From the NCBI GenBank assembly GCA_001662655.1, contig KV460236.1: DNA of 64,000 nucleotides. The stretch is one strand, 5' to 3'. The position numbers and the translations under genes were made by a program. Source of the stretch: Pseudogymnoascus verrucosus. Lineage: Eukaryota. The notes under the pieces are model-generated. The model ran no database searches. It was given only the letters and a program-made list of their open reading frames with translations, and was not told the DNA's origin. Below, in pieces: positions 39,054-50,845 of the stretch (position 1 is its first letter; the number at the start of each line of letters is the position of its first letter).

Positions 39054-40384
39054 GCGGACTGCCTGGGTAAGGTAGCCGGTCGGGATATCTCAATTTTTTC
39101 ATTCATCGAACAGGATTCGAAATGGGAGGAATAGAATGGAAGAAGGTTGAAGAATCGTCTGCATGAAAAGGTGTGATGATCGCGTACGGAATGTAAATAG
39201 AAGGTGGAATGAATCATGATAGAGGGAAAGTCAGCACTGGACTGGTCGAATGAGGCCAAAATGTATATATTGGCGGCAAAGCTTGTCATGTAGTCAGGCG
39301 ACATAATGGAAACAAACATTGTGTAAAGATGCAAACTGTATCATGGCATACATGTCAAATATTTTTGAGTGATGCAGCCCATGGTCTAGAACTCGTATTT
39401 TCCATTCCTGGGCTAGAGTAGAGGGTTCGGGATATCCTAGACTGATATCTACCGGAGATGCAGGTCAATGGCACATTCTATGGTTAGTGCATTGTTTGTA
39501 GTATTTCGCGTAATTGTAATATATTTTGGTTTATTTTCCCGCTCACTACCGTAATATATAATTTCTCGTAATGTGAATTTATTCAACTCCAGATGCAATA
39601 TTCTTATACGACCACAATAATATAAATAATCAATAAATCGGACACCACCAGATAGAATGACCACCGAGAGGATATATACGAATAAATATTGTGGCGTACT
39701 AATATACTCTAAGTCACCTCCCAATACCCGGCTTAAAGTTATTATATTATCTACCACCGAATTAGGAAGTATCTCCATCTCCCTTCAATTTTCCATCAAC
39801 TCCTCAGACAATAACTCTACATCGTCCTGCCCCAAAAAAGCACGGCTTACTCCAGGATCCACTACACTGACGTTCGAAAAAGCTCAAAGCTTCTATCAGC
39901 TAGGACGACGCTACGATCACAAACCGCGATCGACAAGCTCCACGAGCTCGGTTCAACAGACCACCGTTCTCGCCCACCATCTTACTCCTCCTCCCACTTT
40001 TAATGAACTCCCCAATTTCCGCAAAACCGACGACAAAATTCCATTCCTTCCTCGCCGCGGGGAATACCGGTCTAGATTGCGCTCTCTCTCCAGCCTAAAG
40101 ACGTGACCGGCCACTCGCGAAGGTCGGCGAGATGCCCTTGTCTTATAATGCCGTTCCCCGGCTCTTATCACGCCGAGCCGGGGGATGAGATTCGGAGGAG
40201 GGATCAATTGTACGCGTTGATGTCCGCCTCGTGGTGGGGAGGTATAGTAACCGTAATACCTTGAGAACAGTGTGTTCACTCGTGGTAAATTAAATTATCT
40301 GAACTGCGAGTTTGCTGGTGCCAAGTATTCTGGAAAGTCTGTGGGTGGGCGAACTGGAGGGAAGAGGTTAGGGAACAGGGGGGG

Positions 40385-40455
40385 TGGAGGAGATCAGCAG
40401 GAGAGATGTGTAAAGGACAAGGAGTTTGGAGGAGATCAGCAGGAGAAATGCGTAG
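40385..40455. repeat. Direct repeat TGGAGGAGATCAGCAGGAGARATGYGTA x2, 42-bp period
   Basis: Copies begin at 40385 and 40427. Confidence 0.88.
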
Positions 40456-40709
40456 ATCATTAGGATGGGTAGGTTGTCTGATCATTGCGAGGAACTGGGT
40501 TTTAGAACTGCAAATGCTTTCCTTTTTAGGGAAATGTACAATCCACTGCCTGTCCGCTCCCCTCATACTACTACACCTCCGACTTCTCTTTCTTGCTTCT
40601 GCTGCCATAGTACCGCACTTCTCCTTCCTCTCTGAAATTCTGTCATCTCTCTCATCTCCTCCCTGCGTTTCCCTCTCTCCTCCCCTCCCCCCCCTTTCTC
40701 TCCCCTAAC

Positions 40710-41033
40710 CTAGCCAACAATAGTAGTCCTCGGCGCCTCCGTCGTCGTCAACGTCACTCCCCCCCCCAACCCCTCTCCCTGCCCGGGAATACACGTCGGA
40801 TTCGCCGCCCCCGGCACATACGCAACACACTTCTTATACTTGTCCAGCGACCCCTCTGGGATGACGCAGATAGCCTGCACGGGGTAGAATTGGTACCACG
40901 TCCCTGAGACTTTGGCGCAGCAGTAGGAGACGGCGGTGACTTCGGCGGCGGGGCCGGATTCGACGCAGGCGTCTGCGAGGGCGAGGGGGGTGAGGAAGAG
41001 GGTGAGGAGGGCGAGGAGGGTGGGGTGGTGCAT
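40710..41033 (-). CDS. Small secreted cysteine-rich protein (107 aa, 6 Cys)
   Basis: Signal peptide ending ALA-D, A-rich start context, C-CC-C-C-C pattern, intronless. Confidence 0.85.
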   Translation of the reverse strand: MHHPTLLALLTLFLTPLALADACVESGPAAEVTAVSYCCAKVSGTWYQFYPVQAICVIPEGSLDKYKKCVAYVPGAANPTCIPGQGEGLGGGVTLTTTEAPRTTIVG

Positions 41034-42004
41034 TTTTTTGGTTGTTGGTGGTTGGTGGTGGTGGTGATGAGGTGAGAGCTGGTGGTGAGAGCTGGTGGTG
41101 AGATGTGTTTGAGGATTTTGACTGTGTCAATTGAATGAGTCTGTGATGGTCTGTTTCTTGCTTGAGCGAAGATCTGATATCTGCGTTTTGCTTATCCTTC
41201 TCCAAGAACAAAAAAAAAAAAGAACCCGGACGATCCAAACCTTCTTAACCAAAATCCCCTGTCCCTCCCTGGCCAGACCTGCATTCCCAAATCTGCCTGT
41301 CAGGAACGCACTCTCCATGGCTTTACCCCCCGTCAGGACAGATATCAGAATATCTGCAATCTAGCCCTCTCGCCGAGATTGGGAAGTAAATAAAACCCCG
41401 CGACATGGCATCGCAGCAGCAGCGTAATATCAATATATCCCCAAATCCAATATTCCCCAATATCAACGGTTATTCTCCCACATCACCTCCATGCAATCTC
41501 TTCTCATCAGGTGCAACCGCCACAGCCCATCCATCCATCCAGACTCACCTATCCCGATACCGACAAGACAGTACCGTACCGTATAGTGCAATCCAGCCCA
41601 TTCATTCCCCAGCCAGGCCCGCGGCACTCCTTCCTTGCTCCTGTAATAATACCGCAGCCAGAATATCCGCATACAACTTAACTTAGGAGAAAGCAATACT
41701 CGGACGGCCTGGATATTGCACGCGTGGTTATTATTGAGTTTCGTCCCCTGGACCTACCTATCCTGTCGTTCTCGGCTGTATTGCTCGAGAGTGCCTGTTG
41801 TTGTACGGAGAACTGCCTACGTGCATGCACCCCGCACTGGTGGCCCCTGGTTGACAAGCGTTGTGGGCGAGTGGCAGTGACCCTTGCAGGTTCGTGCTTG
41901 CCTGATTTGGCAATTTCACCCCCTCCGTTATGAATGCGAGATGTCTTCGCCTGGTTGACGGGCAGAAGGTGAGAAGTGGTTTATGACAGGGGTTGGTAGG
42001 GAAA

Positions 42005-42196
42005 CACGTGATGTTAGGGAGAAGGTCGCGTGACTAGCCTAACACATTAGACTCACGTGATATTATCGTGTGGCCATCACCTGACAATAGATCTTTAAAT
42101 CACGTGATATAGCTAAAACCAAATCACCTGATTCTAATCACATGACACTGCTCATCCCCCACGCCAATTCCAAATCCCAGACTCAAGTCGCGTGAC
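42005..42196. promoter_or_regulatory. Homotypic cluster of 8 E-box-like sites upstream of the bHLH gene
   Basis: CACGTGA 42005, TCGCGTGA 42026, TCACGTGA 42053, TCACCTGA 42077, TCACGTGA 42100, TCACCTGA 42124, TCACATGA 42138, TCGCGTGA 42188. One more CACGTG at 42406. Confidence 0.75.
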
Positions 42197-43316
42197 AGGG
42201 GAGATAAGGATTTCCCCCGATTTCCCAAGCGACGGCAGTATCCTTTTCCCTTATCCCCTTCTGCCCTTGTGCCCCTGTCGCCTGCCATGTAGCTCTATCA
42301 ATCACACTTTCAAGTCCAGAACGAACAACGCCGGGTGATCATTCTACAGTATACTGTTCTTTAAATTTTACTATTATACTATTTCACAACCTACTCTACT
42401 CCACGCACGTGAAAGGCATGACTATTTCCCCGTGGGCATCCCACAAGTCAAGTCAAGTCCCAGGGTGAGAACAGACCAAGTCCAGCCCATAGCCCACAGC
42501 CCACAGTCTATCCACAGCCCAGATTTTGGTGAGGGATGCGACAAAGAATTCCCTCTCCACGTTCCCCATATCTCCCCCTCATTGGCCAATTCTAACCCAA
42601 AACCCTTCACAACGGTCCTGGATCGACCACTTTGACCAACACCGACCACATCGACCACTGGTTTGCCCACGAAGTGTCGCGTGCTTCCAGGGTGAAGCAA
42701 CAACGAGCTGACAACAGAGCACATGGTGAGGCCCTGGAGGGCTATGGAGCTACGATCGACTTACCCACGACTACCACCGACTACCACGGACTGCCATCGA
42801 GTTACCGTCCAACTACCAGAGGCATGGACCATCAGTACCTCTTCCTCCTCAGACATTTCACTGTCCACGCGTGTACCTTGCACCTCACACGAGTGTATCA
42901 AATGGTATGGTCACAGGTGGGTGGATAACATGTCCAGTATACTGTCAAGTACACTGCCACTGCCACTGTGTGCTCTCTCATACTACAGTCAATAGTCACT
43001 TCCTCCCTCCCTCACAAGACAGATAATCCTCCCTCCTCCCCTCCCCGTCTTCTTTTCCCGTTTCTCTCTTCTCTCTTTTTTCTTCTCTCTCTTTTCTCCT
43101 CATTTCCATCATATATCTCGAGATTCAAAAGCTCAAGTTTATCTGTTTATCATTTCTCTCTTCTGCTATCTTCTCACCGCACCGCTCGCCTCGCATAGTC
43201 ACACTCGCCTTATCGCTCCAGTCGATCGATCGCCTGCTGAGCACGCGATCGCTTGCCACGTCCAAGCACCACCAGGCAACCCAGCTCGCAAGCCCTCGCC
43301 CTCATTCCTGTCGAGG

Positions 43317-44566
43317 ATGCCCCGTCCCACGGCTCCCCCCACACCGTCCTCCTCGACCGACCTCAAAAGTCGCGATGGCTCCCACTTTATCTCCTCGCAG
43401 ATGTCCTTTGAGCTCCCTCCGCCTGCTCTAACTTTCGACTCGCGGCCCTCCAGCACGTCTGCCGCCTCGTCCTCCTCCTCATACCACCCGCACTCGCCCA
43501 TGTCTGGCGCGCAGCCTGCTCCGGCGGCCAAACCCAGAGCCTCGACCGGCAGGAAACGCACTTCCACTGCGGAATCCAGCGCTGCCAAGGGCGCAGAGCC
43601 ATTCGACCTGCCCCCCCCACCCACGCGCACCCGCAAGATCATCCAGATGAAGCCCTCAGCTGCGCCCTCCACCGCGGCGTCCGCCGACGAGCAGCCCGCC
43701 AAGACCGCAGCGGCAAGCAAGCGCAAGCCGCCCTCCGCGACGAGCGCTGCGGGCCGTAAGATGGCGCGCAAGACGGCGCATAGCCTGATTGAGCGGAGGA
43801 GGCGGAGCAAGATGAATGAGGAGTTTGGGGTACTGAAGGATATGATCCCCGCGTGCAAGGGGGAGATGCACAAGCTTGCTATTCTACAGGTGAGCTATAC
43901 CATATTACTACTGCCGTCAGATTGACGGGATTGTTCATTATCACACGAGGCTAACCCATCCACCAGGCAAGCATCGAATACGTGCGCTACCTCGAAGACT
44001 GCATCGCGCAGCTCAAATCCCAAAACGGCGTCAACACCCCCACCATCGCCAGCCGCCGCGAATCAACCTCCATCGCACCACACTCCTACGCCGCCTCCTC
44101 CTCCGGCGCCTCCGAAGCCTCCCACACAGACACCGAGATGACCACCGCGCCTCCCGCATTCGACCAACAATCCGCGCAACAGCAACAACAGCATCATCAC
44201 CACCACCAGACCCAGCAACCACAAGTCCCCCACCAACAACCATCCCAATCGCCACCGCTGCGCGCCCCGGAGGACTTCCAGCGCACATACAGCTTCTCGC
44301 ACTCGTCGTCCACGTCCCCTGCGTTCGGGCCGCAGACGTACACCGGTGCGCCGTCCTGGCTGGGGAGTGCGGCGAGCTCGGCGCTGACGAGCCCGGCGCT
44401 GGGGCCGATGGCGGAGGAGGAGACGGCTACTGTCGCGCTGATGATGTTGAATGGGGATTGGAGGATGGGGGAGCAGAGGGAGAGGGAGGGGAGGAGGGAG
44501 TCTGGGGCGGGGCCGGAGGCGCAGAGGCCGAGGGGGATGAGTGTTAGGGATTTGTTGAGTACGTAG
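43317..44566 (+). CDS. bHLH transcription factor (exons 43317-43889, 43967-44566)
   Basis: RKTAHSLIERRRRSKMNEEFGVLKDMIPAC...MHKLAILQ|ASIEYVRYLEDCIAQLK, and a C-terminal RGMSVRDLLST motif. Confidence 0.93.
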
Positions 44567-45790
44567 GTTAGAGGAGTGGGAAGGGTGTTTTGCTGTGCGT
44601 TGGTGTTGGAGGGGGGTGGATGGCGTTGGGGGGATTGGGAGTTTTTTGGGAGATTGGAGGGGGGGATGTTTGGGGATGGAATATGGGATATTGAAATCGG
44701 ATGGAATGGAATGGGTGGGATTATAGAAAAAACTGATTATTTATATATGTTAAGATCAATGAGAGATGCTTTGCTTTTGTAACTGTTTTTTTTTCGTACA
44801 TCTCCCCCTCCGCCATGATGATGACCAGAGTATCACAACTCCTACCTACCCATCACGTCGTACCCCAAGCCATCCAGCAGGGTACCACAACTCACCACTT
44901 CCTCAGCAAGCATCCTCCCTCCCCTCCTGTCTCTGGCCAGACCCAGCGATGAGGCTGAATCCACATAAATCACGCACTCAGCTCTCTCTCGCCCATCCAT
45001 CCAATCCATCCCATACTCCACCGCCCCCATGCAACCCTGCTGTCTCCCCTGGAACACATATTTTGTTTTTCGCCCCATATCGTGGATCCCACCACGCACG
45101 CACGCCTTCCTTACCTGGACTTTCTCTCGCTGTTATCGTAGGAGAGGAAGAGCTGCCGATTTTTAGAAGTCGGAAACGAAGAGACAGCGACGTTGTAAAA
45201 GACCCAAACACGCGCGCAACGCGATATCATGTGTACCATCCCTACTCCCCCCTCCCAAAAGCGCGTGCTGAGCGCCCTAGACCCCGTGCGTACGGCATCC
45301 AGACCACCAGTGTGTGCGTGCCCCCCATGATATCCCCATCACTCCCCCACGGTCCCCCGAAATAGCAGCGCACACACGATCCCGCGATCTCAGGTGCGAA
45401 CATATCACCATCCACGCCGCGGACATGTGCGCAGTTGCTGTTACGGTACTCGCTAAGGGAGGATGCCGCTAGTGCATGTGTGGGGGTATGTGGTGTGGTA
45501 CGGTGCGGCCGCTGATGCGCTGCATGACGTGAGGGGGCAGGGTCGTGCTTGATTCGGGGTAGTGCGTGTGTGGGTGGTGGTGGTGTTTGCTTGGCGAGGT
45601 GGGTGTGAAATTTGGGGATAAGATGTGGTTGAGGGGCGGCTTGATTTTTGAGGGTGATGAACACACGACACTGACGAGACGACGACGACGGAAACTTTCT
45701 TACTGTGTTCATATGGCTGCGGATTACGGCTGTGTATTGGGTAATTTTTTATTTATTAGGGATATGAGACCGGAGCTGGTGTGATTGGAT

Positions 45791-48051
45791 ATGCGCACTC
45801 TTGCGATCCTCGCTGCGGCCGTTGCGGCGGTGGGTGTTGGAGCGAGGCAGGAGGGGGATGGCGGGCAGATTGTTATCGGTGGACAAGGAGGAGGGCACGC
45901 GAGCGCGAAGGAGGGAAAGAAGTTGACTGGGAGGTTTTTGCATATTACAGGTACGATTATCTCTCTCCCTCCGTCTCCCACAGCATCGTCATCACCGTCG
46001 TCGTCGTCATCACCATTGCTTTTAAACCCTTAAAACCCTCAGCTAACCCTACCCCTCCAGACCTACACCCAGACCCCTACTACAAACCACACACCTCCCT
46101 CACAACCTGCCACCGCACCCCCGGCCCCTCCCTCCCCTACGGCACCCCCCTCTCCGACTGCGACTCGCCCCCCACACTGGTAAACGCAACCCTCTCCTGG
46201 ATCGACGCCCACCTCCCCGCCGTCGACTTCGTGATCTGGACCGGCGACTCCGCGCGCCACGACAGGGACGAACAAATCCCGCGTACCGCTGCTGAGATCA
46301 CAGATGCCAATACCGAGCTCGCTGATGCGTTTCGCGAGGCGTTCGCGGACAAGGGTGTTCCGGTTGTGCCGACGCTGGGAAATAATGATATTTTGCCGCA
46401 TAATATCTTGCTCGGGGGTCCGAATAAGTGGTTACAAACTTACGGCAGGGTATGGCACCATTTCATCCCCGAAGTGCAGCGGCACGGATTTCAGCGCGGG
46501 GGCTGGTTCACGGTTGAGGTTATCCCTGGCCGCCTCGCGGTCGTGAGTCTGAATACGCTGTATTTCTTCGAGCGGAACAGCGGTGTTGATGGGTGCGCGA
46601 GTAAGAGCGAGCCGGGGTGGGAGCAGATGGAGTGGCTTGGGATTCAGCTTGGGTTCATGCGGGATAGGGGTGTCAAGGCGATACTGATGGGACATGTGCC
46701 GCCTGCAAGGACGGGGGGGAAGAAGTTGTGGGATGAGAGTTGTTGGGGACGGTATGTGGTGTGGGTGGAGAGGTATAGGGATGTGGTTGTGGGAGGGGCG
46801 TGGGGACATATGAATATCGACCATTTCCTGCTGCAGAAGGGGAAGAAGGGTGTTAAAGCCCTGATGGGGACGCCAGGGGAGGAGGCGGTGGAGGGGTGGG
46901 CGATTGGGGATATGGGAGGAGATGTTGCGATTGCCTCCGTCGACGAGTATCTCCAAGAGCTGAGGGATGGGTTCGCGAAGGTCCCGGATCCGAGGGATGC
47001 GCTGGCGGGAGAGGTGGAGGGGGAGGGGAGGGGCGAGAGGAAGAAGAGGAAGAGGGCGCTGAAGAGGATGGGGGGGGAGTGGGCGGAACGGTATCAGGTG
47101 TCGCTTGTGAGTCCGAGTGTGGTGCCGAATTATTTCCCATCGTTGAGGGTCGTGGAGTATAATGTTAGTGGGCTTGATGCGGGGGTGGGGGAGGTGAAGG
47201 AGAGGGCTACTGCTACGTCGTGGAGGTTGCCTGGGGAGGATGAGGATGAGGATGAGGATGAGGATGAGGATGGGGAGTTCGAGGAGGAGGATTCTGATGA
47301 CGAGGATGAAGAGGAGGGAGGAGACGCACACACCGACGGCAAAAAACACAAGAAGAAGAAGAACAAGAAGAAGCACCGCAAACCCAAACACCCCGACCTG
47401 AAGATCCCACCTCCACCACCCCGCGGCTCACCCCCAGGTCCAGCATACTCCCCCCAACCCCTCTCATGGACGGGATACACACAGTACTTTGCGAACCTCA
47501 CCCGCATCGCTGAGGCTGAAGCCGCCGCTGATGCCGCCGCCGCTGTTGCTGATTCCAATAGTGTGGATGTATCAGGAGACGGCAAAGGGAAGAACGGCAA
47601 AGGAGGCAGGGGGGGGAAAGACAAACCAAAGGGAGATGGTGGGGAATTCAAATACGAGATCGAATACACCACTTTCAACGACTCGAAGGGGTTTGCGCTC
47701 CCCGACTTGACGGTGCGCAGTTTCTTGGGGCTGGCGCATAGGATTGGACGCGCGAAGGGGGGGATTTCGAGTTTTGCCGAAGTTGATGATGCCGAGGTGG
47801 ATGCCGAAGTCGATGCCGAGGACGACGAGGAGGAAGCGGGACTAGTAGATAAAGCATGGTCCTGGCTCTCTGGCTCTGAACCTAAATCCGGAGAGGGCGT
47901 GGATGCGGAGGGCAAGAACAAGGGGAAGAAGGGAAAGGGAAAGAAGAGCGAGAGGGCGTGGAAGGTGTTTGTTAATAGGGCGTTTGTGGGGACGGGGGCG
48001 GAGGAGGGGATGGGTTCTAATGGTGTTAGGGAGAGGGGGGAGGAGTTGTAG
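45791..48051 (+). CDS. PPN1: Endopolyphosphatase Ppn1 (exons 45791-45950, 46061-48051)
   Basis: Hydrophobic N-terminus; GRFLHIT|DLHPD, CDSP, WTGDSARHD, GNND, GHVPP, GHMNIDHF and SPSVVPNYFP metallophosphoesterase motifs; GPAYSPQPLSWTGYTQYFANLT. Confidence 0.95.
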
Positions 48052-50845
48052 ATAGATGGATAGATGGATTGATAGATGGGGGCGGTGGGATTGAAGAGGG
48101 GGAGGGGGGCGGTTGTAGATAGAAGGAGGTTAGTTGTTTGTTTGTAGATATATAATACCCATTTGCCGCATTTACCACCACCACCAACTGCCTGGATCCT
48201 CATCACATCACATCTACCCACCCCTCATCTCCCCAAGCCCACCCTATCCTATCCATCACCCATCTACCCAACAAACAGTTCGTTCCGCATCACATCGTAG
48301 GGTCACAGCACACCTCACTCACCCCTTCTCCAACACACCCCGCGTCCTCCCGTACCTCTGGGTTCGGCTGCCAAGAGCAGCGCGGGTCTAGGTCTGGGTC
48401 CGGGTTCTCCAATTTCAGACATGTGCGGGCACACACGTCACGTCACTCTGTATGCGAGGGTCGTCGGTCGGGGGATATAGGGTTGCGGGGAGGAGAGGGG
48501 ATGACATCGTGCAGTATGGTAGGGTATGGATCTTTGATCTCGGGGGTTAACTAGAAAGGTAGACAGTCCACCAGTTCGGTCCCGCTCGTATGCAGGTGTT
48601 TTAACTGCACGGAGTCGGTAGGTAGGGAGGGTAGGTAGGTAGGTAGGTAGATGAGAATCGTAGGAATTGGTAAACGCAAGAGCAGAGAGAGCAGATGGAT
48701 GGATGTACCAGTACAACTCTCCCCAACGGCAGCACATCTCCGCACCCAATCTTCGCTCCATCTTGCGTCCTCCTATGCTAACCCGGATGCTAAACCCAGA
48801 TACTAACCCGGTCCAGTAGACCCAACACCTTAGTACCGCCGCATCTCCAAAAACCGACGTTGCCAGATCCGAGTTCGTGCCGGCACGGCGGCGGCTCTCT
48901 CGCATGTGAGAAAGTTTTTTTGTTGTGTGGTTTGGGTGGGATGGGGGGGGGATGGGTATCGTCGGTTGTTAGTATGTACCGGTACCTCTCTTTTTTGTGC
49001 ACAACAGTAGTACAACAGTACAGTTAGTGTCGGTGGTGCGGGGAGGGGGAGGAGGAGAGTGGGGCGTTGAGGGTTGTTGGTGGTGGTGGTGTTTGGTACT
49101 TTGCTTTGCTTTTGTTACGGGGTACGAAGGGGGGTATGCGAACACACACACACTCAAAGTTGGAGTTAGTTATGTCAGTGCGACTGACGAAGGGGGAACT
49201 GACTGTGCATATATATACTGTCTTGTATGTACCACAACGCACAAAAACAGGCGGCCGCGGAGAAATAGTCGTGAGTGTGAGTGTGTGAGATAGATCTTCA
49301 CTTCTTTCTTTAGATAGATGGTGTATGGCTGGGCGGTGGTGGTGGCTGTTCTCCTGCTCCCTTCATCATCCCTTCATTAACGGATAGCATATTACCCGCC
49401 TAAACACCACGCACACTCACTATACGCCACGAAATAACACCCACCGGGAAAAAGAAAGGCGTTGTGTGTGTGTGTGTATATGTGTGCCTGTTGACGACCC
49501 CCCCTAAAAAAAGAGTAAAAGAGTTGACGACGGAAAAAGACAGTAACGACGAGAATTATAGCAAGGAAAGAAGGGTAAGGTAAGAGAAGAAGAAGGAGCG
49601 AACGAACACAAGACGGCCGGCCGGGTATATTTTATCACATGCTGGGATGCTAGGTGTATGTACCTGCTACTTCAACCAGCGCAGAAAGTCGAAGCTAGGC
49701 TAAGACTTTTCTTTACCCCACCTGCCAGAGGGGGTTGGTACTGGGTACGGCGGGTTGAGGAGAAGAAAGGGAAGGGGGATTGGGGAAATGGGGGGAGGGG
49801 GAGAAGGGAGAAGGGAGGAGGGAGAGAGGGAAAAAGAGTGGGATGGGGGAGAGAAGGGCCGGTGTAACGTGGTGGGTGGTGGGTGGTGTGTGTGGTGCGT
49901 GCGGCTAACCTACTGGGGATAACTGGAGATAAGTGCTAGGCGGACGCAGTCTGGGTCTGACTGGCACTGGCTGGCTCTGGGACTGGTATTGCCGCTGGTA
50001 GTAGTTGTGGTAATGGTGGTATATCGGATATCGCACACTGGTTGACTGGTATTGGAGCCGCTGGTAGTGGTATATCGGACATCGCACACTGGATGATTGG
50101 TAATTGGTATATACTGGAGTGCGTGCTAGATGGACTGATCGATTGATCGATTGACCCTAGCAGTGACAGAGTGACTGTCATATCTGAGTGAAGACGCCCA
50201 TTACCCAGCTCTCTCACAAATTGCTGTCCAGGGATATGATACCCTAATATACTCAACCCTAATATACCCTCAACCCTCTACCCTTACTTTCCGCATATTC
50301 GGAGTACAGACAAAAAGACAACAACAACCAACAACTACTGACATTAGGGTTTCCCCCTTCCCTCCCAGCACAGTCCTCTCCTCTACCCGAATCCCCGTCC
50401 TCCCCTCCCCTTCCTTTTCCTACCCCACACACGCAGAGCCAAGCACAAGCATGTACACACCCTATATGGGTAGGTAGGCGAGAGTTCCCCAGATCTCCGA
50501 GGGACGTGAGGTGGTGAGGGTTGTAGTGGTAGTACTTAGTGTTAGTAGTAGAAGTGGTAGTAGTGGTACCGCCAATGCGGTGCGTGTGAGTGGTTGGTCG
50601 GCAATGGGATGGGGGGGTGCATAAAATGGATAGAGGGGAGCTGGCTGTGTGGCTTGTTGTGGCTTTGGAGATACATGTACTGTGGAGGTACATTGATTAG
50701 AACTGTTCTTTTCTAGCCTCGATGGATGTAAGATATCATTATAGTATTGTGACAACAGAGTATTTAGTAAGATGTTTTATCATTTGCTATTTCTTCATTA
50801 ATGTATACGATCTTCTCCCTGTAGAAAACAAAAACACAAAAGATT

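Noticed and set aside
45781..48051. 756-aa single-exon ORF as the PPN1 model
   Set aside because: Its N-terminus reads exon 1 in the wrong frame. The spliced model from ATG 45791 restores the hydrophobic leader and the HITDLH motif.
48438..49293. Small ORFs and triple CTAAC-like repeat (48775-48812) downstream of PPN1
   Set aside because: No consistent donor-branch-acceptor set that yields a credible protein. The repeat is explained by 12-13 bp slippage.
49936..50082. MSDIP... peptide resembling MSDIN cyclic-peptide precursors
   Set aside because: Similarity is limited to four residues. There is no MSDIN leader or follower and no prolyl oligopeptidase nearby, and that family is known from agaric basidiomycetes.
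50238..50355. Telomere-like ACCCTAA/TTAGGG words (also 46021-46055) as a possible telomerase RNA template or interstitial telomere
   Set aside because: Only 8-nt or degenerate matches, which are expected in C-rich DNA. I could not identify a pseudoknot or CR4/5 element.
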